Positions 48,701-57,437 of a stretch of DNA of 64,000 bases are shown here, one piece after another; the stretch's first letter is position 1; each line of letters starts with the position of its first letter. This DNA comes from a virus. Below the pieces are notes generated by a model. The model did no database searches. It saw only the letters and a list, made by a program, of their open reading frames with translations, and was not told the origin of the DNA. Where the stretch lies: the IMG/VR virus record IMGVR_UViG_3300042878_002532, positions 32,001 through 96,000 of that record; one strand, 5' to 3'. Both the position numbers and the translations under genes were made by a program.

Positions 48701-49701
48701 ATCTCTTCTGATATTACTTCTTGGTAAGAAAGGAAATCAATATTAGTTTCATTTTTACCTGCGATTGTATGGCCGATTAAGTCAAGTCTTCCGTTGAAGA
48801 AGTCTGTTTCTACTAAGTCACTATTAAACGCACAAAATATACCAGTTCTGTCTGTATCTCTATTTACTACTGTTTCGATGAAGACGTTTCTACCGTTTGC
48901 ATCTCTAAAATATGGAATTAAAGAAAGTCCTTCGTAGAATGCTAAAAGCGTAATGTTTCTATCATTTGCGAATTCTCTAACTTTGTCTTTTCTAAGTCCT
49001 GTAGCATTGAAGTAAGCACTCCATCTAGAATCTACTGCTAAAGTTTTGTAGTCTGACCAATCACCACCAACTACAACAACATCAACCATATAGTCAGATG
49101 CGTAATCATTAGTGCTAACATAAGGAGGCATTTTTTCTGCCGAACCATACCATTCGATAAGAGTTCTGTCAAATCCAGCTACTGCTGATTTGAAAACAAA
49201 TACAGTTACGAATTTATCAGATAAGTTTGTTAAACTGAATGCTCTTTCAGAGTATCCTGTGTTATTTTTAGTAAGATTTATGAAAGACTCAGTGTCTCTT
49301 TTCCAGAAACCTGTAGTGTCAAAAAATCTTCTATAAGGACCAGTTCTTTCCACGTCGTTTAAAGTATCTGCAGAAGTAGATAGAGACTTATATTCAATAA
49401 CGTCTAAATTATCGTCTGTAAGAAGCAAGTTTATTGCATAAACTGGGGCTGTCTCCAACATTTTAGAAACTGTTCTATGAAAGAACGAACCCTTTCTCTC
49501 CAATCCTCTATCCAATTGACCGAATATTGCTTCTAAGTCAGTTGTGTTACTAACCATTATCGGTGTATTGACAGGTCCTTTTTTAGACACGCCTATTACC
49601 AAGTTTGTAAGTCCTTCAACAACTGGAGTCGCGATAACGGAGTTATCATATTCCTCTAGGAATATTCCTGGTCTTTTGTATTTTCCAATTTGAATTGCCA
49701 T
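45769..49701 (-). CDS. Tail sheath protein (gp18-like) with large insertions
   Basis: N-terminal RPGIFLEE.D, GVSKKGPVNTP; C-terminal PWTIAAGVTNG, INPI, SALSYIHVRE.LI, DEENNT.EIID. Confidence 0.9.
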   Translation of the reverse strand: MAIQIGKYKRPGIFLEEYDNSVIATPVVEGLTNLVIGVSKKGPVNTPIMVSNTTDLEAIFGQLDRGLERKGSFFHRTVSKMLETAPVYAINLLLTDDNLDVIEYKSLSTSADTLNDVERTGPYRRFFDTTGFWKRDTESFINLTKNNTGYSERAFSLTNLSDKFVTVFVFKSAVAGFDRTLIEWYGSAEKMPPYVSTNDYASDYMVDVVVVGGDWSDYKTLAVDSRWSAYFNATGLRKDKVREFANDRNITLLAFYEGLSLIPYFRDANGRNVFIETVVNRDTDRTGIFCAFNSDLVETDFFNGRLDLIGHTIAGKNETNIDFLSYQEVISEEIEIVSNPLDLPGNVTALLGGSASWAYETGTHHAYETPKVKGWVTNGDERTSYFSEGYIYNVELAATFSYSTASIVATYSLMYPDYDAFVVVGDKQVPISGTATLSILGSNYVYSSTAATYSSAFVVDSTGKFKVVNSTNANNPSVASTDTVLASVKFRVLEQQITGTPVWTNVNLKQGGFNNFVFGTASGADYFIEAVTGATGSIKVTFTDTDSSINVKDYAQYRRFKMFNRLVDLIDSPNKVKMAMLKSFKKGLNNYKGDKISLADVSISNIVTSSTQDKSFELKLPFELADLQDILKGFLVFYTVDNEFILGAKGVKTQVEVADGNSFGVVGKYSKLYGRYYDGVVNTGDFFYANKTSKTILEKANATPYVAGAEYISDVYFFDGESAVTVFGLTAGVNVGPTSSAAGYDYIAFNAADLDELSLYDVISIKGAVTNTGTFTIISDNLFGTMDNGAGIFTHVYKVNEETSYERVQNVSIISDFNTKHYLKMYVDGEVLNVSFMDETFNSYEDVDIETAGTFEINSAITNYKQSLEIEYPAGYVEVPNKVLVAGARYTEVKVGDFLEAKYNELTLNIGQYPRKLTRIVSKRQYTGNADLVEITCDSEIKKVNFSGDWQTTRYKTVDNYATTYKAISLKGFRVREASLPDGTEARQNAVLNLVSKGTPLFKAITNKEALDFRYLIDSFGLGLTERSKQQLVDICGDRLDAFGFLNMPSMKSFKNSSSPTFVNAEGVLQAEFIAKGGDPESGPAFLYSFGDGAGTTCVGYFMPYLTVNDNGRPLDMPPASHAATTYMRKHTSNVGSITPWTIAAGVTNGRITNIAGLEMDFTPSDIEWLNGAQINPIVFKRNRGNVIETENTAQTLYKSALSYIHVREVLIELERELSRMLLDFQWRYNTPDIRAEIKLRADVICETYVSKNGLYNYFNKMDEENNTTEIIDNQIGVLDTYVEPIKGMGIIVNNVTILRTGAIAAGGFA

Positions 49702-49770
49702 ATTTTTTAGTTTAATTTTTTATAGTTAAAGTATATATAAAATGTAAAAAGCGATATTTTTCTCTTTTTT

Positions 49771-50313
49771 TTAAAAGGAGGTTATTTTTTTAGAAGAATC
49801 TTGCATTTCTTTTTTTATTTCCTCCATTTTCTTTTTTTGTTCTGCGGTTGCAGTCAATAGGGCTTTTTTTAAATCGACAATCTCCTGAGTCTTTATCTTT
49901 TGATTAGATTTTATGTCGTTTACGGTCTTTAATTTGGCGGAAGTGTCTACTTTCTGACTTGATAGTTGCTTTAAATCTTCTTCGTTTTTATAAAGATCAT
50001 CATTGTACTTCATCAACTCATCTTGAACATACTTTATTTTCATTTGAAGGTTCATCATTCGTGTGTACTCTTCTATGAATGGATTATTCAAAAACTTTTT
50101 ATTTATTTCCTCTATCTTTTTATTTAATAACTCATTGTCTTTGTCACTTTTTAGATTCATGAAAGCTTTATCAAGTTCTGCCTTTACTGCAGGAAAATCT
50201 TTTAAACTTTTTTCAAGGTTATTAGTTTCTTCTTTGGCAAGTTTTACGTCAGGCTCATCAGTTATTTCGACTTCCACGTTTTCAAAACGTTTAAAATTCT
50301 TTAGATATTTCAT
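49771..50313 (-). CDS. Coiled-coil protein with N-terminal tag
   Basis: MKYLKNFKRFEN; K/E-rich heptads. Confidence 0.75.
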   Translation of the reverse strand: MKYLKNFKRFENVEVEITDEPDVKLAKEETNNLEKSLKDFPAVKAELDKAFMNLKSDKDNELLNKKIEEINKKFLNNPFIEEYTRMMNLQMKIKYVQDELMKYNDDLYKNEEDLKQLSSQKVDTSAKLKTVNDIKSNQKIKTQEIVDLKKALLTATAEQKKKMEEIKKEMQDSSKKITSF

Positions 50314-50330
50314 TTTTTAAACACTTTTAT

Positions 50331-53300
50331 TTAAGCTCTGGTGATTTCAACTTTGCTCGCGTCACTTCCGTTAATCATATTTACGATCGTGGAAATTCCC
50401 GCCACTTTGGCTATCTGCTTGTTTAGTTTTTCGACCTTCTCTTTGTCTTTACCTATTTCTTTTCCAAATTCTATCGCGTTGAAAAGAACGTTTTTGCCAT
50501 CCACCTCTTTTGTGATCCAATATGCTCCGATCACTTCTATTTTTTCGGTGGTGATTTTTTTCTGACCGTCCGCACTCATCATTCCGACTTCTATAGTACC
50601 TGGTGATAATAACAATTTCAAGAAATCATCTCTTTTAACTTTGGTGAAATGTGAAAGTGCTTTAGATTCTTTTACCTGTAAATCACCACCTACTAAATTA
50701 TTAGCATGTCCTAAAACAGAGGCGTCTAGAAGAGGATTGAATGTGCCAAAGTTTTTACTACACTGCATATATGCATATGCACCATCTATCTCTTGAATGT
50801 AGAATGCTCTCTGTGCCTCGTTGCCATCTTTGTCTTTTATCTTCAATACAAAAAACGTGTATTTTACAGGATAAACGGCTTTTTTACCATCGTCACTAAC
50901 CGCGTTTTCACTTTTTGTGGCCTTTATCTTAGTAGCGCTTGCTTCTATCCCTTCTACAATCTCTTGGTTATTTTCTTCATCTTTTTCCAAAAATGTTCCT
51001 CCTTTGTTGATTGCAGTACCTATCTTCTCGTCCGGTTTTCCAAAGTATTCGTCTAAAAGCTCTGCTTGTTTTCCTCTTCCTGAATCACCATATCCACTTT
51101 TAGATTTGTAAAGACTATCACCATCTAACATATCGGTCATGAACTTTCTCAGATTGGCACCACCGTTTGGTCTGATTTCGTTTCCTACTCTTAGGTTTGT
51201 CTTCGGGTCGAAGATGAATTCGTATTTTCTATCTTTCATTAAATCCAAAACTGCATTTTCCCAAACATCGAATATTTTGTCGTTTCTATAAGGACCTTTG
51301 TCTCCAAACGAAGTATATTCTGCTTCGGTACTTACACCAGGTCCGGTACTTCTTTTTGTTATGTATTTTGCCATATAAAGCTTGTATGCTCTGTTGAACA
51401 ATTTCAATATCTCGATTATTGGATCGTATCCGTCTATTATGAATCCGTCTTTGTCTTTTTCTAACTTTTCGAAGTTTGCTCTAACTTTCTCAAACTCTGT
51501 TTTATCCATTGTGTAGTCTTTTACATTTCTACACTTTCTCTCAAAGTAGTCTTGTATCCTTTCGACTCTAGACATACTAGATCTTGGATCACTTGCACTT
51601 GTACTTCCTTGAGTTTCTGTTGACTCTGGAGTCTCTTCTGTAGTCACTGGTTCTTCTGCTTCTTTTATGTAAGACATGAATCTGTCGAATTTAAGCAATC
51701 TTCCTACAGGTTTACTACTGCTCTTCAATGCTTCGTTTAATTCCAACATAATAACACGCATTCCAGCTTGTATCTCCATTAATTTTGAGATATAAACACT
51801 TTCGTTTACCGATTCGTCAAGCTTGTCCAGGTCGGCTTTCATTTTATCTATGTTTGCTAGTATCTTCGCTTTTTTTGGGTTATCTTTTTTAAGTTCCAAT
51901 GCTTTTTTAGTCGCACTTTCTATATCTTTTATAAGCTCGTCCTTTTTATATTTGGTCTCTCTTGCCTTTTGGTCTACATAAGGTGAAAGATCTGATTTTG
52001 AAACTCCAAAAGAAATTTTCGAATCGTCGTACACAACAGATAGTGTATCTTCCTTTGGAAGTTTTCCACCTTCTGCGTCGTCTTTAGTTGCCCACTTTTT
52101 ATCATCGCCCATTTTCATTACATGAGTCTTCGAAACCAAAGTCACAACTCTCTTATCGCCTTTTCCGTCTGTGTATATGTATTTTTGACCAACGTTGTAT
52201 TTGCTTTCCTTTTTCTTTTCCTCGCTTTGCTCTGAATACTCTGTCTTAACATTGACAATTGGATTTTTCATCAAAACCTTTAATGTCTCAACAAACTTTT
52301 TAAGCGGATCTGCCAATTCTCCTAAACCACCATAAAGATTCTTCCCATCAAACTGTAAAGCTCTCTTTGCGAATCTTGCGATTTTTTCCGCAACAACTTC
52401 AATCTTACCACCATTTGGATTTTTCTCACTTCTTGGCATTAGATATTCGTAAGACTCTTTATATAAAGAATCTTTTTCTTGAATCGTTTGCTTTTTGTCA
52501 CCTACCAAATACCTATTTATATTGTCGTATAAGGCCATTATGAGTGTATCGTTTTTACCATCTTTATGTTTGGCTAATAGTATTCTGACAAACTCTTCAC
52601 TTATTGGTAGCTTTTGGTCTTTTGTATCTATAAGAGATGTTATATCTTTTGTTAATTTTCCAAATGCTTGAGTCAAATGATCTTCTTCTTTATAGACATT
52701 ATTTCCATCTACACTATTTCCTTGTTTCTCTAATACTAATTCAAGTCCTGCTTTTAAAGTTATCTTTTCCTTTTTAGTGTTAAGTTTCGTAGCAGCAGCG
52801 AGTGTTGCTTTCAATTCTAGTTCGTTTTTGGCAAAAATTTTATCAATATTTGCACTTGAAAAAGTAACTCCTTTGTTTATATCGGAGTTGTTCAGTATCG
52901 ATGTTAATGTGTCACCTGCTACAGTTACATAAGGAACTGGTTTCTTTGCATCTGCCTCTTCTTTTTTGTTGAAGTTTAAAAGATTTACACTTTTGTAATT
53001 TTTTAAGATATAGTAAAGTGCACTTAGATTCTTAATCATGGTTGGAAGGCTTTCTTCTAACTTTGAATATTTATCCTCATTCTCTTCAGAATCTTCTTCA
53101 CTTTGACCCTGTCCTTGACCCTGTCCTTGACCTTGTGCTTGACCCTGTCCTTGACCTTGTGCTTGACCTTGTGCTTGACCTTGTGCTTGACCCTGTGCTT
53201 GACCCTGTGCTTCTATTTTTTTTAGTTCCTCTAAGAAACCCTCAAGTTCTTCAAGTAATTTAGCCTTTACTGTAGTATCAATATCGGTTTCTTTCATCTC

Positions 53301-53756
53301 TTCTGTTGCTGTGATTGCACTTTCTGTAAGATTTATTATAATATTAGTCTCAGAACCATTTTCAACGGCCTCGTTCAATGCAAAAAAGAATGAATACAAA
53401 ATACTTTTTGCATAAAGTTTCTTATCTTCAGGATTCATGTTGTATGCAAATCCAGATGCTGCTATCCTATCAAATTCACCTTCTAGTCTTGAGATTAATG
53501 GCTTTATTCTTCTAAGGTTGTTAGCGACTTTTGCTTTTCTAACAAGGTGATTTAAAAACCTACCTACTAATGAATCATGCCATCCAATATCATTCGCCAT
53601 TGGTCCTGATCCGTGGTTGCTGGCATATTCACTTTCTTTTATAAGTTCTTGATATAGTTCATTTCCTGATATTTTTGCGTCTCTTAGAAATTCAGATTTT
53701 TCGTCTAATCTTTTGGCTTCTCTTAAAAAGTCATTTCTTTTAATAAGATATTTCAT
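50331..53756 (-). CDS. Large protein with tag, QG repeat and LysM-like segment
   Basis: MKYLIKRNDFLRE; (QGQA)n; YVTVAGDTLTSI; internal LLKFDRFMSYIKE; TAATATATA at 53779-53787. Confidence 0.75.
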   Translation of the reverse strand: MKYLIKRNDFLREAKRLDEKSEFLRDAKISGNELYQELIKESEYASNHGSGPMANDIGWHDSLVGRFLNHLVRKAKVANNLRRIKPLISRLEGEFDRIAASGFAYNMNPEDKKLYAKSILYSFFFALNEAVENGSETNIIINLTESAITATEEMKETDIDTTVKAKLLEELEGFLEELKKIEAQGQAQGQAQGQAQGQAQGQGQGQAQGQGQGQGQGQSEEDSEENEDKYSKLEESLPTMIKNLSALYYILKNYKSVNLLNFNKKEEADAKKPVPYVTVAGDTLTSILNNSDINKGVTFSSANIDKIFAKNELELKATLAAATKLNTKKEKITLKAGLELVLEKQGNSVDGNNVYKEEDHLTQAFGKLTKDITSLIDTKDQKLPISEEFVRILLAKHKDGKNDTLIMALYDNINRYLVGDKKQTIQEKDSLYKESYEYLMPRSEKNPNGGKIEVVAEKIARFAKRALQFDGKNLYGGLGELADPLKKFVETLKVLMKNPIVNVKTEYSEQSEEKKKESKYNVGQKYIYTDGKGDKRVVTLVSKTHVMKMGDDKKWATKDDAEGGKLPKEDTLSVVYDDSKISFGVSKSDLSPYVDQKARETKYKKDELIKDIESATKKALELKKDNPKKAKILANIDKMKADLDKLDESVNESVYISKLMEIQAGMRVIMLELNEALKSSSKPVGRLLKFDRFMSYIKEAEEPVTTEETPESTETQGSTSASDPRSSMSRVERIQDYFERKCRNVKDYTMDKTEFEKVRANFEKLEKDKDGFIIDGYDPIIEILKLFNRAYKLYMAKYITKRSTGPGVSTEAEYTSFGDKGPYRNDKIFDVWENAVLDLMKDRKYEFIFDPKTNLRVGNEIRPNGGANLRKFMTDMLDGDSLYKSKSGYGDSGRGKQAELLDEYFGKPDEKIGTAINKGGTFLEKDEENNQEIVEGIEASATKIKATKSENAVSDDGKKAVYPVKYTFFVLKIKDKDGNEAQRAFYIQEIDGAYAYMQCSKNFGTFNPLLDASVLGHANNLVGGDLQVKESKALSHFTKVKRDDFLKLLLSPGTIEVGMMSADGQKKITTEKIEVIGAYWITKEVDGKNVLFNAIEFGKEIGKDKEKVEKLNKQIAKVAGISTIVNMINGSDASKVEITRA
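53102..53211 (-). repeat. 12-bp-period tandem repeat encoding (QGQA/QGQG)n
   Basis: TGACC(C/T)TGT(G/C)CT units on the plus strand. Confidence 0.9.
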
Positions 53757-53861
53757 GTAGTTATGATTATATTTTGTTTATATATTAAAAGTGTAATCTC
53801 TATTTTATTTGTATTTTTGTATCTGAAAGATTGATATTAGTATAAATAAAAGATAGAATAA

Positions 53862-53893
53862 TTTGTGTGAATAGAATAAATGTCTTATATTTG
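53862..53893 (+). promoter_or_regulatory. Bacteroidota primary-sigma promoter (TTTG-N20-TATATTTG)
   Basis: -33 TTTG at 53862-53865 and -7 TAnnTTTG at 53886-53893 with canonical spacing. Confidence 0.7.
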
Positions 53894-53918
53894 TAAAACA
53901 AACAAACAAACAGAAACT

Positions 53919-54455
53919 ATGAAAATCAACTTCGATAAAATAATCTGCATAAACTTGACATCATTGAGCTCTCAACAACTATTTGCAGTATGTGAGACTT
54001 ACTTTATAGGTTTTGAAGAACTTTATAGAAGAAAAACAGAAACAAAAGTATCTATGTACTGGATTTCAGAAGGTAAAATTGTTGCTTTTATTATCGGTGG
54101 TTTCTTTCGTTTAGGTACAGACTTTGCTTCTCTTTCTAAAGAAGATCAAGATAAAATAAAAGCCATCAAACCGGTGAAAACTCCAAAGATGCCAAAAACT
54201 GAACAAACTCTTAGAAACTACAAAGCTTTTTTAGCAGAAGGTTATGACATACGAACTCCATCTATGGATTCAAAGTTGTATAACTTAGAGTCTCGAAAAG
54301 ATTCTGTTTATGTTAAAGATGTTGTTAAAGATGTTGTTGAAGTTAAACAAGATTTACCTGTTGTTTTAGAAGTAGATGCAATCTTAGAAAAAATATTCAA
54401 ATACGGAATAGCTTCTATCACTGCAGAAGAAAAAGATTTATTAGATAATCAATAA
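53919..54455 (+). CDS. Early hypothetical protein with C-terminal DUF6576-like motif
   Basis: Probable start MKINFDK; ends VDAILEKIFKYGIASITAEEKDLL. Confidence 0.75.
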   Translation: MKINFDKIICINLTSLSSQQLFAVCETYFIGFEELYRRKTETKVSMYWISEGKIVAFIIGGFFRLGTDFASLSKEDQDKIKAIKPVKTPKMPKTEQTLRNYKAFLAEGYDIRTPSMDSKLYNLESRKDSVYVKDVVKDVVEVKQDLPVVLEVDAILEKIFKYGIASITAEEKDLLDNQ

Positions 54456-54476
54456 TATAACTTTGTTTGTGTGTGT

Positions 54477-54502
54477 GCCTCGGATAAATCCGAGGCTTTT
54501 TT
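54477..54502 (+). terminator. Intrinsic terminator
   Basis: GCCTCGGAT-aa-ATCCGAGGC followed by TTTTTT. Confidence 0.85.
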
Positions 54503-54654
54503 ATTTAGCAAATATTTAATACCATTTTTCTCTTTAGAATCAACACTTTTAAATTTTATTTTTTTGGTAGTTTAAAAAATCCGCCATTAAATCGATTTCG
54601 GTTTTTTTCCTTACCTAAAATTAAATATATAACGTATAAAAAAAATCTCCAAAC

Positions 54655-54939
54655 ATGAGATACCTAGAGTTGAAACAAAATGGTAAGGTCTTTACCAATG
54701 AAAGAGAAATAAATCAAATATTACTATCTAACAAATTTTACTGGCTTATAGATTCCGAATTTGAGAACGCAGTTCTTGAGTTGAAAAAAGAAACTATAAT
54801 TTGGCATAGTGGTGACTTCTATTCCGGAAATTGGCATTATGGCATATTCAAAGGTGGGTCTTTCCATGGGACCTGGGAAAACGGAATTTTCGAAAACGGA
54901 AACTTCACCGGTGAATGGAAAGACGGCATCAAATTATGA
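54655..54939 (+). CDS. Small protein with W/F-x-x-G pentapeptide-like repeats
   Basis: WHSGDFYSGNWHYGIFKGGSFHGTWENGIFENGNF. Confidence 0.7.
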   Translation: MRYLELKQNGKVFTNEREINQILLSNKFYWLIDSEFENAVLELKKETIIWHSGDFYSGNWHYGIFKGGSFHGTWENGIFENGNFTGEWKDGIKL

Positions 54940-54966
54940 GTGACGACAAAAAATAAAATAACAACT

Positions 54967-55422
54967 ATGAAAAGGAGAAAACTAGCTCTAAAATCAGTAG
55001 GCAAAAACGATGTTTATAACAACGGTATTGTGAGAGTAACAAAAGAAGAAGATTCATACTTCTTTGAAATTGGAAACGAACTAACCAGTGATATCGCCGA
55101 AGCAGTTGCCTTGTTGATGAGAAAAGTGGATTGGAATGATGGAATATGGGATATGGAATTGGAAGATATAAATATAGATAACATCACACCTGAGAAATCA
55201 TTGTTTTGGTTAACTGGTGGATATACAGAATGGAGAACATTAGAAAACTATAACAAGCCTTGGTGTGACTGTTACCTTGATTTTCAAGAAGAGTTTGGAA
55301 TGTTAATATTCAACATAGTAAAAAGAAACAAAAAACTAAAAGAAATAAGAAGCAACTACTATAAATACTTAAACTTACCGATACTTTATGATTTTGCGTT
55401 AAGTAAGAACATGATAAAATAA
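54967..55422 (+). CDS. Hypothetical protein
   Basis: Probable start MKRRKL. Confidence 0.7.
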   Translation: MKRRKLALKSVGKNDVYNNGIVRVTKEEDSYFFEIGNELTSDIAEAVALLMRKVDWNDGIWDMELEDINIDNITPEKSLFWLTGGYTEWRTLENYNKPWCDCYLDFQEEFGMLIFNIVKRNKKLKEIRSNYYKYLNLPILYDFALSKNMIK

Positions 55423-55426
55423 AAAG

Positions 55427-55451
55427 AAAACCCATCATTTGATGGGTTTTC
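55427..55451. terminator. Intrinsic terminator
   Basis: GAAAACCCATCA-tt-TGATGGGTTTTC. Confidence 0.8.
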
Positions 55452-55469
55452 TTTTTTTATATATACTAT

Positions 55470-55709
55470 ATGGAAAAATTAATGAACGTTTGTAAGAGTC
55501 CTTGGTGTAAGGCACATTTCGAATATTTTGAAAATGAGATTACAATTGTTGATGGTAATGGAGTAGTACCCAAAACATGTCCAAAATGTAGAAGCTTTGA
55601 TACAGAGCTTAGTGGTGGTGTCACCTGGACCGACAAAGAATATGAAGGTAGTAGATTTGACGGAAAACCACATGAGATAAAATACAAAATAACGAATTTT
55701 AAACTATGA
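55470..55709 (+). CDS. Small Zn-ribbon protein
   Basis: CKSPWC...CPKC. Confidence 0.65.
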   Translation: MEKLMNVCKSPWCKAHFEYFENEITIVDGNGVVPKTCPKCRSFDTELSGGVTWTDKEYEGSRFDGKPHEIKYKITNFKL

Positions 55710-56551
55710 GAGCACACTTCTTCGATATAGAAACCATTTTAGTCATGGATAGTAAAGTCTGGATAGTAGATAAATCAAATCCAAAAGTACCTATTATGAA
55801 AATATCTAGATCAGATTTTAATCTGATAAAGAGTGGAATATACAAAAGTCAAAATAATTCTATTTATTTTGGTGGTGCCACCTATTGGGTTCCTGAAAAA
55901 CTGATGAACACTCTAAAGATTAAATGTAAGAATCTAAAAATAGATATTACAAAACTTATATTTTCTATGCAGGAATACATGAATCCTGAGATAATAGAAA
56001 CACTTGACTATGATATAAACATAGAAAACTTACAACATCTTAAAAACACGACTGATGACATATACTTTATTTGCTCAAAGAACACTAAAAACAACTATGA
56101 GAAGATAATAAAGAAAATAGAGGAAAAGCTTGAGAAGATAGGATTGACTGTTAAAAAATACTATTTCATATCTGATACTTTTTACAATAGAGACTTAGAT
56201 GAAGTTTCTCATAAAAAAGTAAGACTTCTTCTTCAACATCTTATTGGTATGAAAACAGAAGGTGATAAGTTTATAGAAGAAGAACTTCAAAAATATGATG
56301 AGATTGAATTCTATGAAGATGATGAAAAGACTATTAGTCTTGCAATAGATTGTAATAAACTACTTCAACTTCTTATAGATAATAGTGAGTCTAGTATAAA
56401 GTCTAATCTAAAAAATCTTCTTAAATCAGAAACTCTACTTTATGTAAACTTTGTGAGTCCTAATAAGGTTAAAAGATTTTCTAAAACAAAAGTCGTGGTT
56501 GAATATCACAATCTTATAAAGACTTTTGAAAGATTTAACTTCAAAAAGTAG
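55706..56551 (+). CDS. Degenerate HAD-like protein
   Basis: N-terminal HFFDIET and C-terminal IEFYEDD; ends LIKTFERF. Confidence 0.5.
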   Translation: MRAHFFDIETILVMDSKVWIVDKSNPKVPIMKISRSDFNLIKSGIYKSQNNSIYFGGATYWVPEKLMNTLKIKCKNLKIDITKLIFSMQEYMNPEIIETLDYDINIENLQHLKNTTDDIYFICSKNTKNNYEKIIKKIEEKLEKIGLTVKKYYFISDTFYNRDLDEVSHKKVRLLLQHLIGMKTEGDKFIEEELQKYDEIEFYEDDEKTISLAIDCNKLLQLLIDNSESSIKSNLKNLLKSETLLYVNFVSPNKVKRFSKTKVVVEYHNLIKTFERFNFKK

Positions 56552-56552
56552 T

Positions 56553-57173
56553 TTATTTAATCTTATCCTGAGCTTTGTTCAACATTGCCTGCTTTATCAT
56601 CTCGTTCAATTCTCGATTTGTTGTAACTTCACCTTCTGGACTTTTATTTTCCGATTCAATAGGTAGTGCTTCCTGTTCTATTTCGTTGTATCCTAAGTCT
56701 TTTCTGAGTGTCTTATAGAACTTTTCAAGTTCCGTCTTTTGGCCTGATAAAAATTTAGCATTTTCTCTAATTTGACCGACTGTCTGATTAACTACTTCAT
56801 GCATTCTTGCAGAGTTATCACCATTATCTACCTGTCTCATCTGTGTAAGAAGGTTCTTTCTTGTCATCTTAGTCAGAAATATAGCTTCGGCGTAAACCAT
56901 AGCATCTTCTTTCATCTTGCTTTTTATATAAGGGTGTTCTTTTAACTTAGGTACGTCACCTAGGTATAGATCCACAAGTGGTTCTAATACGTCCATTGCT
57001 TGTTGACTGGCTACAGTTAGATCTGAGTCATAGTCATATATTTCAATCTCACCTAAATCCGGTAAGTCTTCTGGTCTGGCTAGATGTTTAGAAAAATCAA
57101 AGTCTCCGTTTTCCGATTGTATTTCATCGAACTCGTATTTTATTCTGTTTTTTTCGTTTTCTTCTTTAGACAT
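56553..57173 (-). CDS. Probable terminase small subunit (gp16-like)
   Basis: DNSARMHEVVNQTVGQI resembles gp16 SPRHMEVFATLMGQM; close to the large terminase. Confidence 0.55.
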   Translation of the reverse strand: MSKEENEKNRIKYEFDEIQSENGDFDFSKHLARPEDLPDLGEIEIYDYDSDLTVASQQAMDVLEPLVDLYLGDVPKLKEHPYIKSKMKEDAMVYAEAIFLTKMTRKNLLTQMRQVDNGDNSARMHEVVNQTVGQIRENAKFLSGQKTELEKFYKTLRKDLGYNEIEQEALPIESENKSPEGEVTTNRELNEMIKQAMLNKAQDKIK

Positions 57174-57175
57174 GT

Positions 57176-57358
57176 TTAAACATAATTATTTTTGGTAAGT
57201 TTGGCGTCTTCTCTTTCCAAGAAGCCTTTTAATATCTTGTCTATTAGTTTAGACTTGTTTATAGAGTTCTCTTCGCAATACTGCTCGAACTCTTTATAGG
57301 TCTCTATATCAATAGAGAAACCTACTTTTAGCTTGTTGACACCTGATTTCCTTCCCAT
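57176..57358 (-). CDS. Ribbon-helix-helix (CopG-like) DNA-binding protein
   Basis: KVGFSIDIETYKEFEQYCEENSINKSKLIDKIL. Confidence 0.7.
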   Translation of the reverse strand: MGRKSGVNKLKVGFSIDIETYKEFEQYCEENSINKSKLIDKILKGFLEREDAKLTKNNYV

Positions 57359-57437
57359 ATAGTATATATAAATAGAAAAAAATGTATTTTTTCCACTTTT
57401 ACCCTTTTATATATACAAAAAACAAAAAATACTATAT

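Noticed and set aside
53102-53211. Tandem repeats as a possible CRISPR array
   Set aside because: 12-bp coding period with no unique spacers and no cas genes
54455-54655. tRNA or ncRNA in the larger intergenic gaps (also 20283-20400 and 43561-43757)
   Set aside because: No cloverleaf or T-loop consensus; content is explained by terminators and promoters
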